Positions 9,268 to 17,678 of a stretch of DNA of 64,000 nucleotides are shown piece after piece. The stretch's first letter is position 1; the number at the start of each line of letters is the position of its first letter. The stretch is taken from assembly GCA_028279755.1 (NCBI GenBank), contig JANQNB010000018.1:134611-198610 (forward strand), read 5' to 3'. The notes under the pieces were generated by a model, which saw only the letters and a program-made list of their open reading frames with translations, ran no database searches and was not told where the DNA came from. A program made the translations under genes and the position numbers. This DNA comes from Candidatus Nanoarchaeia archaeon (lineage in GTDB: Archaea > Nanobdellota > Nanobdellia > Woesearchaeales > UBA525).

Positions 9268-10572
9268 ATGAAAGGATTAACATTACTAGGAGGCGCTCTC
9301 GGTGCAGGAAAAACAACATTCCTTACCAACGTGCTTCTTGCAGATGGATTTACACCAAAAAGAGAAGGCATAATCGTCATGGACGCTGCCGGCAAGATTG
9401 ATTATTCCATACTAGAAAACTTGGCAGAGAGCAAGGGTGTGAGAATCGCCGACGCAACATCAGGATGTACTGTGTGCGATGGGCCGGAAAGCGCTATCAG
9501 GGAACTCGCAACAATGCAGGATCTTGACCACGTCGTCATTGAACTCTCAGGTCAGATGCCACTCACCACCATGATGAGAGGTCTCGCCTCAGAAGGAGTT
9601 GTAGATCCACAAACTTTCTACCTCCTCGACCCGAGGAACTTCACACTTGTGCAGGCGGCAGACGAAGTACCCTATGCGCACGTCATCGGGATCACAAAGA
9701 GCGATGTAACTCCCGATGTTGTTCGTCACGCACCAAATGCGAGAATAGTGAGAATCCATGAGCAAGGAGTATATACTTTGGATAAACTCTTTGAAGGAGT
9801 CGACACAGCACCTTTTGCAGTTGCGTCACACCATCACCACCATCACGGATCGAAGGGGATGGTCACAAAATGGTTTGGCAAAGTGCTGAACCCTTACCAT
9901 ACGGCTGATCAAATTGAAGCAATCATCAAATCCTTGGCTGGAAGATACGATCGCATCAAAGGCCACGTTGCACTCGATGCAGAGAGGATCCTCAGGCTCC
10001 ATACCGTATTCGGCGAATGCACATTCAAGGTTGAGCAGGACGCAAGTGCTGGCAATGGGACATTGCTCTTCGTAAACCAATCAGAGCGCTACTTCCCAGA
10101 AGCCCAGGCAGTAGAGGATGCACACCCGTTTATTGATAGTCCTGACATCGTTCCTGTTCTGAGACGAGGAAGTACACGTGAGAGCTTCGTCAATTATGTC
10201 GGCATGGCACTTGCAGCTCAGCAGTATGATGATGCAATGGGTGCAGCAGCGCAACTCCGCTACGAGCAGGAGGATGAATCCCTGGTCGTGGAAACACTCC
10301 CAGCATACGCCGAAGGCAAGCTGAAACTTATCCAAAGTGGTCAGCACTCCCGGTCTCAACGACTCCTCGAAGGAATGAGTGCCTTATGGTTCTTACAGGA
10401 GAACCCTGGCGTCGTCGAACCCACGATTCAGCATACTTTGGAGAGAATCTATTGTCGGGACTTCGCAGCAATGACTGGAGCCGACTGGAAAGAGATCGAG
10501 CGTGGGTCGGATCCGGAAGAGACAAGATGGTACATCAAGGATGTCCATCAGAAGATTCCGACAAGGTCGTAA
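9268..10572 (+). CDS. COG0523 G3E-family GTPase (CobW/YciC/ZigA-like putative zinc metallochaperone) with a His-rich linker.
   Basis: The sequence MKGLTLLGGALGAGKTTFLTNVLL carries the P-loop, GCTVCDG carries the CxCC motif, and a run of six His (HHHHHH) is present. The ATG at 9268 is preferred over the longer ORF from 9091. Confidence 0.85.
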   Translation: MKGLTLLGGALGAGKTTFLTNVLLADGFTPKREGIIVMDAAGKIDYSILENLAESKGVRIADATSGCTVCDGPESAIRELATMQDLDHVVIELSGQMPLTTMMRGLASEGVVDPQTFYLLDPRNFTLVQAADEVPYAHVIGITKSDVTPDVVRHAPNARIVRIHEQGVYTLDKLFEGVDTAPFAVASHHHHHHGSKGMVTKWFGKVLNPYHTADQIEAIIKSLAGRYDRIKGHVALDAERILRLHTVFGECTFKVEQDASAGNGTLLFVNQSERYFPEAQAVEDAHPFIDSPDIVPVLRRGSTRESFVNYVGMALAAQQYDDAMGAAAQLRYEQEDESLVVETLPAYAEGKLKLIQSGQHSRSQRLLEGMSALWFLQENPGVVEPTIQHTLERIYCRDFAAMTGADWKEIERGSDPEETRWYIKDVHQKIPTRS

Positions 10573-10618
10573 GGATCGAGTTCTCTAGAAGAGCAAAAAG
10601 AAAGGGAAATACTTTAGT

Positions 10619-10652
10619 CTTATTGATAATGAGAATCAATAAGATTTATAAC
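10619..10652. promoter_or_regulatory. Fur-box-like palindrome overlapping the TATA box of the CooC-like operon.
   Basis: TCTTATTGATAATGAGAATCAATAAGATTTATAAC contains the inverted repeat CTTATTGA/TCAATAAG. GATAATGAGAATCAATAAG matches the Fur-box consensus at 15 of 19 positions, and TTTATAAC follows directly. A second partial copy ATTGATTATTGAGAA lies at 10690..10704. Confidence 0.6.
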
Positions 10653-10728
10653 ATACACATCATTTGAGGCGAGGGATAGAGATGATGCTATTGATTATTG
10701 AGAAATATACAAAGAAGAGGTGGATTCG

Positions 10729-11673
10729 ATGAGAGTCGTCTTTCTCGGCAAAGGCGGGAGCGGGAAGACCTCACTCTCAGGCGCATTTATCGAGTTTGCC
10801 ACAAAAAAAGGGCCTGTGCTCGCAATCGACGCTGATGTGAATCGTCACCTCCCCTCATTCCTCGAGATCGAGAGAAAGAGAGATGTCGGAGATGCCTATG
10901 AAGAGGTTGCCTCCTATCTCTACGGGAAACGAGAGGATATCGAACAAAAACATATGGTCGCAACAACACCCCCCTCACGGAACTCACACTTCATTCGAGT
11001 GGAGAAGGATGATCCCTTCCTCAATCGCTTCTGCTCCAAGGGAGAAGGAACGCATCTCCTCGTCGTCGGCAACTACCATGAGAAGGATGTTGGGCACACG
11101 TGCTATCATGGGAAATTGAATGTTCTGGAGATGATCTATCACCACCTGCTCGACACTGAGGATGAGATAGTAGTTGCAGACGCAACAGCAGGAATCGACA
11201 ATATCGGGACATCGCTCTACTTCTGCTACGATCTCTCAGTTTTCGTCGTCGAGCCGACTATAAGGAGCATCGAGGTCTGCAAGGAGTATCTCGCTCTCGC
11301 AGAGCAGAACGAAGTGGCAGTGGCCATTGTTGGAAACAAGATTGAGACGCCTGAAGACGAGCAGTTCATCGAACGAGAACTCGAGGGCGCAAGGATTCTC
11401 TGCCACATTCCCTATACACAGGAGTTGAAAGCGTACGAACAGGGCGATCTCTCTGCAAAGGAGCGCTTTTCGTCGATGGTCGTACCACAGATGGAGATCA
11501 TCCGCAACGCACTTGCAGAAGAGAAAAGAGATTGGAACGCCTATTATGAGCGGCTCCTCAAGACCCATAAAGTGAACAGCATCGAATGGTGGGACTCCTA
11601 TTACGGCGAACCTATCTCCGAGCAGCAGGATCCGACATTCACCTATCAAGAAGTAATGGAGGGAAAGAAATGA
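10729..11673 (+). CDS. CooC/MinD/ParA-type P-loop ATPase (deviant Walker A).
   Basis: MRVVFLGKGGSGKTSLSGAFIEFAT carries a KGGxGKT-type deviant Walker A. The stop overlaps the next gene's start (ATGA at 11670). Confidence 0.7.
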   Translation: MRVVFLGKGGSGKTSLSGAFIEFATKKGPVLAIDADVNRHLPSFLEIERKRDVGDAYEEVASYLYGKREDIEQKHMVATTPPSRNSHFIRVEKDDPFLNRFCSKGEGTHLLVVGNYHEKDVGHTCYHGKLNVLEMIYHHLLDTEDEIVVADATAGIDNIGTSLYFCYDLSVFVVEPTIRSIEVCKEYLALAEQNEVAVAIVGNKIETPEDEQFIERELEGARILCHIPYTQELKAYEQGDLSAKERFSSMVVPQMEIIRNALAEEKRDWNAYYERLLKTHKVNSIEWWDSYYGEPISEQQDPTFTYQEVMEGKK

Positions 11674-13100
11674 AGATAGAGGCGAAAAGCTCAGAGCTGC
11701 TCCGAACCCTCCTTGAGAAGAAGGACTTCCTCTTCGAAGCAGCCAGCCTTCACCAAGGACCAGTCCATCTCCTCCTCCCAGAGCAGCTTTCACGCAATGT
11801 CGAAGAGGTGAAGAGTCTCCTAGAAGAGTTTGACTGTATCAATCATATCTTCTTCGCTCACAAGTCAACAAAGTCGTTGGCCCTGCTCAAAGAGGCCCGG
11901 TTTGCCGGCATCAATCTCGACGTCGCCTCTCTCGGCGAGTTGACCAATGGACTTCGCGCAGGATTCACCGGGACGCAGATCGAGTGCACAGGTCCCAAAT
12001 CCTCTGAGTATCTCGAGGCAGCATTGCTCCATGGCTGCGCAATAAGCGTTGATTCACTCTCCGAGCTTCAGAAAATCGTACGTTTCACAAAGAGATTGCC
12101 GATCAAGCAAGCATCCATTCTGCTCAGGATTGGAGATCTCTCTCCCACTCATAAGGTACTCAAGAAAAGGGATTCGCTGTTCGGCCTTCCGAGGACAGCG
12201 CTTCCCGAAGCCTATGCTATGCTGAAGGAGAATCCGCATATCACTTTCAAAGGAGTCCACTTTCACAATGACGTACGCGATGCTGAGACACAGGCAGGCA
12301 CACTCTTATGCGCGATTGATATCCTCGTAGAGGCGATACAGCAGGGCTTTGAACCAACCATCATCAACATCGGCGGCGGATTGCGGACCGCCCAATTTGC
12401 AAACAAGCAACAAGTGCGGGCGTTTATCCAGCATCTGGAAGAAGGAGTCTCCAAACAAGAGCCTCTTGAGACCTGGCGCAATTACTCATATGGTATCTAC
12501 CTGAATCAACGCGGAACCATCTCGGGAAGGAAAGGACTGAGCGGAAAAATTGAAGTTCCTGAATACACCTCATTTCTTCGAGCCCTGCTCACAACACAAG
12601 GGAGAGATGGACGTCCACTCCTGGAGTTCATGGCCGAGAATATGATCGACCTCGCTCTCGAACCCGGCTTTCTTCTCTCCCAACAATGTGGACTGACACT
12701 TCTCCGTGTCGAGTCGGTCAACCAAGGAGCTGAAGGAAGACTCATCGTCAAGGTGGCAGGAAACATGTACAATCTCTCCTCTCAGATGGTGGAGCAGTTG
12801 ACAGACCCGATTCTCATCTCCAAAACAAAAGAGAAGAGCCCGTGCAGTGCTTTGATTGCAGGAAACCTGTGCAGAGAAGAAGATATGCTCTCGAAACGGT
12901 TCATTCCTTTTGAGCAGCGACCAAAGCAAGGAGACCTCATCTGTTTTCTGAACACCGCAGCGTACGCGGGAGGTTTCGAAGACGGAACGCCAATCCTGCA
13001 ACCAGAAGGAAAGCGCTTTGTCGTCACATTCAAGGATGGAAAGCCAACCCTTCTTTCAGAGGAGCTCTACTCTCCCTGGGAGGAACGAGATGATCTATAA
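11670..13100 (+). CDS. Type III (alanine-racemase-fold) PLP-dependent decarboxylase of the Orn/DAP/Arg decarboxylase family.
   Basis: FFAHKSTKSLALLKEARFAGINLDVASLGEL resembles the N-terminal TIM-barrel region with the PLP lysine. It is about 477 aa. Its start overlaps the upstream stop (ATGA). Confidence 0.65.
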   Translation: MKIEAKSSELLRTLLEKKDFLFEAASLHQGPVHLLLPEQLSRNVEEVKSLLEEFDCINHIFFAHKSTKSLALLKEARFAGINLDVASLGELTNGLRAGFTGTQIECTGPKSSEYLEAALLHGCAISVDSLSELQKIVRFTKRLPIKQASILLRIGDLSPTHKVLKKRDSLFGLPRTALPEAYAMLKENPHITFKGVHFHNDVRDAETQAGTLLCAIDILVEAIQQGFEPTIINIGGGLRTAQFANKQQVRAFIQHLEEGVSKQEPLETWRNYSYGIYLNQRGTISGRKGLSGKIEVPEYTSFLRALLTTQGRDGRPLLEFMAENMIDLALEPGFLLSQQCGLTLLRVESVNQGAEGRLIVKVAGNMYNLSSQMVEQLTDPILISKTKEKSPCSALIAGNLCREEDMLSKRFIPFEQRPKQGDLICFLNTAAYAGGFEDGTPILQPEGKRFVVTFKDGKPTLLSEELYSPWEERDDL

Positions 13101-14400
13101 CTCTCCTTTCGAGCTGATCGGGAATACTCCCCTCCTGCTTATCCCTGAAGAGGTGCATGGGCTGCCAAAGACGAAAGTCTATGCAAAGCTCGAGTATATG
13201 AACCCGTTTGGCTCGCTCAAGGACCGGATTGCTCAGGGGATGCTCGAACCCCATCTCGATATGCTCAAGGAGAAGGGATTGACAGTGCTTGAGGCATCGA
13301 GCGGCAATACTGCCAAGGCTCTCTGCATCCTCTCAGGATGCTTGGGAGTGCCATTCAAGACCGTCACCAACAGGATCAAAGTGCCCGGAATTCGAATGAT
13401 GCTCCAGACCCTCGGCGCTGAAATCGAAGAATTGCCCGGTCTCAGTGACTGTCCTGATCCGCTTGATCCGAACGATTATACGACAGTGGCATCCAATCTG
13501 GCCAAGAGCCATCCTGACAAGTATTTCTATACTGATCAATACTTCAATGAGCGAAATAGGGGAAGTCAAGAGTCGACAGGAGAGGAGATAGCTGCAGATC
13601 TCGAACGCGTCGATCACTTCTTTGCCTGCCTCGGTACTTGTGGTTCGTCGATGGGCGCCGGCAAGGTCCTGAAGGAGCGAATGGAGGATATCAAGATTCA
13701 TGGTGTTGTCGCCGCTGCTGGCCACCATCTTCCTGGTGGGAGGAACATGGAGGAACTCTGGGAGGTCGGCTTCTTCAGAAAGGATTTCTACTCATCAATT
13801 GAGAGCGGGACGACCCAAGAGGCCATTGATGCTATGCTTGAACTGAACAGGCGATGCGGCATGCTCTGTGGTCCAACAACAGGCCTCACCTACCATGCAC
13901 TCAAAGAGGCGTTGAAGCAAGTCCCAAGCGAGAAGGAGCGTGTTGCAGTTTTTATCGCGTGCGATAGAATCGATCCCTACATGCAGTACCTGAAGCAACA
14001 CCGTCCGGAGCTCTTCTCAAAAACTGGATCGGTGAGACCCACTGTGGATGGCCAAGCTGTCGAGGAGGTGATGCATACAGAGGAGATGACACCGGAGAAA
14101 CTGAAACAGATGCTTGATCAGGTTCTCCTCATAGATATTCGCGGTAATTTTGCCTTCCATCGTGGACATATTCCTGGCTCAATCAACATCCTGAACGAGG
14201 TCTTCACAATGATCGTCGAAGAGGGACCATCATTCCCAGAAAGGAAGATTGTCATCGTCTGTCCGAACGGCACCCTTTCCAAGAAGTACGCTTCCTTCCT
14301 CTCAGAACAGGGGTATGAAGCATACTCGGTAAAAAAAGGACTGCTCGGATGGAGAAAGGCAGGTTTCGCTCTCGAGAAGAGCAAGGAGTTGGGAGGATGA
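13090..14400 (+). CDS. Cysteine synthase/CBS-family PLP enzyme fused to a C-terminal rhodanese domain.
   Basis: The N-terminus MIYNSPFELIGNTPLL...KLEYMNPFGSLKDR is the PALP fold (CysK/CysM-like). The C-terminus LIDIRGNFAFHRGHIPGSINI...VIVCPNGTLSKKYA is the rhodanese active-site Cys loop. It overlaps the upstream gene by 11 nt. Confidence 0.75.
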   Translation: MIYNSPFELIGNTPLLLIPEEVHGLPKTKVYAKLEYMNPFGSLKDRIAQGMLEPHLDMLKEKGLTVLEASSGNTAKALCILSGCLGVPFKTVTNRIKVPGIRMMLQTLGAEIEELPGLSDCPDPLDPNDYTTVASNLAKSHPDKYFYTDQYFNERNRGSQESTGEEIAADLERVDHFFACLGTCGSSMGAGKVLKERMEDIKIHGVVAAAGHHLPGGRNMEELWEVGFFRKDFYSSIESGTTQEAIDAMLELNRRCGMLCGPTTGLTYHALKEALKQVPSEKERVAVFIACDRIDPYMQYLKQHRPELFSKTGSVRPTVDGQAVEEVMHTEEMTPEKLKQMLDQVLLIDIRGNFAFHRGHIPGSINILNEVFTMIVEEGPSFPERKIVIVCPNGTLSKKYASFLSEQGYEAYSVKKGLLGWRKAGFALEKSKELGG

Positions 14401-14990
14401 TGCAACCGTTGAAGAAGGTGTTGGCACTCACGATCCTTCCTTTCTTGTTGCTTCTAGAGTTGACTCCTCTCGTTCGGAACAGCGTGCTCGCGTTTTTCGG
14501 AGGTGTTCTCATCCTGATTTTCGCGCCGCAGCTGATAGTTTTTGCAGTCTTCCTCTTCCTTGTCATCTTTATACAATTCCTCAACATGGCGATCGAGCCG
14601 ATTAGCTATCTTGGCATAGAGCTGGGCTACTTCTTCACTTTCATGTCAGGCTACCTCTTCGGCCCAATGTCTGGCTTCTGGTTCGGCGTTCTCTTCCTCA
14701 TCGCGCATCTTGTCCAACAATTACAGTGGGAATCCAACCCCTTCGATCTCCTTTTCAAAATCTTCGGCATTCCCGGCCTCGGTTACCTAGCAGGTTTGGT
14801 CAGCGGTATTAATGTAGTCTTCGCTGGCACGACTGCTGTAGTCGGTATCGCGATAGCCATTTTCATCATCAACATGTTGAGCAGTTTCGAGTCTGATCTG
14901 ACTGTTTTCTTTTGGTGCGTCGGTTTGGTCTTCTTCAACTTTATCCTGTTCAAAAGCCTTGCCCCGGTTATGACTGGCTTGCTCGGATAA
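14397..14990 (+). CDS. Small polytopic membrane protein, last gene of the coupled operon.
   Basis: MMQPLKKVLALTILPFLLLLELTPL... is strongly hydrophobic. The ATG overlaps the upstream TGA (ATGA). Confidence 0.6.
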   Translation: MMQPLKKVLALTILPFLLLLELTPLVRNSVLAFFGGVLILIFAPQLIVFAVFLFLVIFIQFLNMAIEPISYLGIELGYFFTFMSGYLFGPMSGFWFGVLFLIAHLVQQLQWESNPFDLLFKIFGIPGLGYLAGLVSGINVVFAGTTAVVGIAIAIFIINMLSSFESDLTVFFWCVGLVFFNFILFKSLAPVMTGLLG

Positions 14991-15259
14991 ACGAGGCGTC
15001 ACCGTCGCAGCGGCGCTTTCACACATCCTCTGACATTATTTTATAAACAAAAACGTATCCTTCCTGGTGGGGGCATAAGGGGGATCTTGCACCCCACAGT
15101 ATTAGCATTCCAAGAATTTATCGAGGAACGCTGTTTGATCTCCTTCAATATTGCCATACATCTGCGATGCCGAATTTTTTTAAAAGCCTTATCTTTGACC
15201 TATCACTGCGCAAGGCTTTTAAACCCATTTCTTGTTCCACGGCCCGGAGTTGTTTTTTT

Positions 15260-16312
15260 ATGCCTGTCACTGACAAAGAGCTCACAGAGATTAAAGCCGC
15301 ACTCGATGCGAGCGCCCGGCCGTTATTCTTCTTCGACGATGATTGCGACGGCGTCACAAGCTTTGTGCAGCTCTACCGATACAAGAAGGACGGACGCGGC
15401 GTGCCGGTGAAGGCAAGTCCGGTACTTGAGGAGAAGTACGTGCGCAAGGTGGAGGAATACGAGCCAGACCTGATCATCATCATGGACAAGCCAGTCGTGG
15501 AGGAAGAATTCTTCGACAAGGTGCAGACGCCGATCATCTGGCTGGACCATCACAAGCCCCACGACGTCAGCAAGTGGAAGAACGTCTCATATTACAATCC
15601 ACGAATCCACGACGACAAGGACAACTTGCCAACAACGTACTGGGCGTACAAGCTGGTCGGCGGTCCCTTATGGTTGGCAACTGTCGGCGCGGTCGCTGAC
15701 TGGCACCTCCCTGACTATCTCGACGCATTCAAGGAAGAGTACGGGGACTTGCTGCCGCCAGCATACAACAAGGTGGAAGATCTCTTGTTCAACGAGGAGA
15801 GCAAGGTCGGCAAGCTCGCCAGGATCATCAGCTTCAACCTGAAAGGCACGGTCGGCGACACGATGAAAAGTGTGCTTGTCTTGACTCGGATAGAGACTCC
15901 TTACGAGATCCTCGGGCAGACAACACCGCGCGGCAAATACCTGTTCAAAAAATATCAACGCCTGGCTGATAAGTACGATGCCCTGTTGCTGCGGGCAAAA
16001 GAGGAGTTCAATGAGAACGATCCCATCCTGCTCTTCACCTATGAAGACGACCAGATGAGCCTGACAAGCGACCTGAGCAACGAATTATTGTACCTCTATC
16101 CTGAACACTTGATCATGATCGCCCGCAAACATAACGGTGAATACAAATACTCGTTGCGCAGCGCAGGCAAATACGCGATCCCGCCCATGCTCGAGAAAGC
16201 GCTTGAAGGCGTTGAGGGCTATGGTGGCGGACACACCTATGCCTGCGGCGGCTGCGTGAAAGAACGCGATAATGAGAAATTCGTCGAAGCGATCCGCGCG
16301 GAGCTCAAATAA
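15260..16312 (+). CDS. DHH-DHHA1 family phosphoesterase (RecJ/NrnA/GAN-like).
   Basis: The FFFDDDCDGVTSF, IIIMDKP...WLDHHKP (DHH) and GGGHTYACGG (DHHA1 GGGH) motifs are present. Start chosen at ATG 15260. Confidence 0.8.
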   Translation: MPVTDKELTEIKAALDASARPLFFFDDDCDGVTSFVQLYRYKKDGRGVPVKASPVLEEKYVRKVEEYEPDLIIIMDKPVVEEEFFDKVQTPIIWLDHHKPHDVSKWKNVSYYNPRIHDDKDNLPTTYWAYKLVGGPLWLATVGAVADWHLPDYLDAFKEEYGDLLPPAYNKVEDLLFNEESKVGKLARIISFNLKGTVGDTMKSVLVLTRIETPYEILGQTTPRGKYLFKKYQRLADKYDALLLRAKEEFNENDPILLFTYEDDQMSLTSDLSNELLYLYPEHLIMIARKHNGEYKYSLRSAGKYAIPPMLEKALEGVEGYGGGHTYACGGCVKERDNEKFVEAIRAELK

Positions 16313-16343
16313 TCATAAATAGTATTTCTTCCAGATTTCTGTC

Positions 16344-16616
16344 ATGAAGACCCTTCGTCTCATCCTCCACGGCCGCGTGCAAGGCGTGACCTACCGCTGG
16401 TTCACACGGAGAGCAGCGCAGAAGCATGGGGTGCAGGGCTTTGCCCGGAATCTTCCTGACGGCACGCTCGAGATTGTTGCGCAAGGCAGTGACGAGGATC
16501 TTGCGCCGTTCCTTGCCGAGGTGAAGAAAGGCCCGATGTGGGCGCGCGTCGACAAGATCGTTGAGACGAAAGCGCTTGCAGAAGACTTCGACGATTTTGA
16601 TGTCAGATGGTGGTGA
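16344..16616 (+). CDS. acyP: Acylphosphatase.
   Basis: 90 aa. LILHGRVQGVTYRWFTRRAAQKHGVQGFARNLPDGTLEIVAQG is the classic acylphosphatase signature. Confidence 0.9.
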   Translation: MKTLRLILHGRVQGVTYRWFTRRAAQKHGVQGFARNLPDGTLEIVAQGSDEDLAPFLAEVKKGPMWARVDKIVETKALAEDFDDFDVRWW

Positions 16617-17373
16617 GCAAATCAGACAACTGCTCTCGGGATCTCGCTAACCATTCCGGTCGCACGCACTCGAGCATATACGGACCATCAAAGCCACGTC
16701 CTTTCAAGGACTTCAGATGTGGAGTGAAGGTGATTTCGCCCTCGCCGATAGAGCGATGTTGGTCGACGCCACGAAAGGTGTCTGTCACATGCACTTCTTC
16801 AGGCTTGAACGCTGAATAATCACGGCAGTGCATTTCCGCATGCGCGATATCGTAGCAGAATCCTACAGGAAGATGTTCCATGATGTACTGGATCTCTTCA
16901 GGTGTGTTCCCCAGCTCGTTCTCACCACCAGTATTCTCGATGAGGACTCTCGGTGCTCCTCGCTGCGTCAGCAATGGCTCCACCCGTCGGATAAACAGAT
17001 CGAGCAGAGCCAATCTGCTCGGGCTGTCTACACCCATCCGGTAGCCGAGCATCGCCTCGCCTGCATGCATGACAACCTGTGCGCATTCAAGGTCAGCAGC
17101 CACGTACAGCGAGGCTTTGAGCATGTCAAGATGCGGCTGTGCTCGCAATATGCTTGGATGCGCAGGCGCGAAGGCTATGAATGGCGCGTGCATCGTGTAG
17201 GTGAGGTCTGTTCCTGACCTGATTCGTTTCAGCGCCCTCCGCTCCTCGAGCGTGAAATCTCCAGGCTTTTCAAACATGAGTTCTATGAGATCGAATCCGA
17301 GCTCATCGAGTGTGCGGACAGCATTGACTTGCGAGCCGTTCATGCCGAAAAACGTGGATGCGCCGATGTGCAT
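16603..17373 (-). CDS. Sugar phosphate isomerase/epimerase (xylose-isomerase-like TIM barrel).
   Basis: 256 aa with an AP-endonuclease-2/TIM-barrel pattern (HAPF.., ..VLIEN.GG..). Confidence 0.65.
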   Translation of the reverse strand: MHIGASTFFGMNGSQVNAVRTLDELGFDLIELMFEKPGDFTLEERRALKRIRSGTDLTYTMHAPFIAFAPAHPSILRAQPHLDMLKASLYVAADLECAQVVMHAGEAMLGYRMGVDSPSRLALLDLFIRRVEPLLTQRGAPRVLIENTGGENELGNTPEEIQYIMEHLPVGFCYDIAHAEMHCRDYSAFKPEEVHVTDTFRGVDQHRSIGEGEITFTPHLKSLKGRGFDGPYMLECVRPEWLARSREQLSDLLTTI

Positions 17374-17471
17374 GCGTGGCGAAACCCTGGCCAGTTTTTA
17401 TTATTTATTATAAAGTGATGACAAGCACGCGAATCTTTTAAAAAGACCTCTTGTTCTCCAGCGCTTGCACT

Positions 17472-17540
17472 GAGGGGGTGCCGACAACCTCACGCGTTCC
17501 GCGTTCGGAGCCGCCACTCCCTCTCGGTGCTACGCACCTC
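17472..17540 (+). ncRNA. tRNA-Leu 5' leader element: a tRNA-like acceptor-stem mimic that begins with a 12-nt copy of the tRNA 5' end.
   Basis: GAGGGGGTGCCG at 17472 is identical to tRNA nt 1–12 at 17541. The leader ends ...CCACTCCCTCTCGG, which can pair with its own 5' GAGGGGG. A TATA TTTAAAAAG lies about 30 nt upstream at ~17436. Confidence 0.55.
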
Positions 17541-17624
17541 GAGGGGGTGCCGGAGTGGTCAAACGGGCTGGGTTCAGGACCCAGTAGCTTAGTGCTTGCG
17601 CGGGTTCGAACCCCGTCCCCCTCA
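17541..17624 (+). tRNA. tRNA-Leu (anticodon CAG) with a long variable arm.
   Basis: The acceptor is GAGGGGG/CCCCCTC plus discriminator A. The anticodon arm is CTGGG-TTCAGGA-CCCAG, the variable arm is about 16 nt, and the T arm is GCGGG-TTCGAAC-CCCGT. Confidence 0.85.
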
Positions 17625-17678
17625 TACGAAGTAGAAGGGGGACGGTCCCGAACGCTAGTGAGGATATCGTCCCCCTCA
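17625..17678 (+). repeat. tRNA-Leu 3' trailer element: a hairpin with a conserved loop followed by an 11-nt direct copy of the tRNA 3' end.
   Basis: The sequence is TACGAAGTAGAAGGGGGACGGTCCCGAACGCTAGTGAGGATAT + CGTCCCCCTCA. GGGGGACG and CGTCCCCC form an 8-bp stem around a loop that carries GGTCCCGAA..GAGGATAT. Confidence 0.7.

Noticed and set aside
17472-17678. Reading the short tRNA-end duplications as attL/attR of an integrated element.
   Set aside because: The repeats are only 46–70 nt apart, with no integrase or cargo between them. They occur at several tRNAs with a shared loop motif. This fits a structured RNA element better than prophage att sites, though a miniature-mobile-element origin is kept as a hypothesis.
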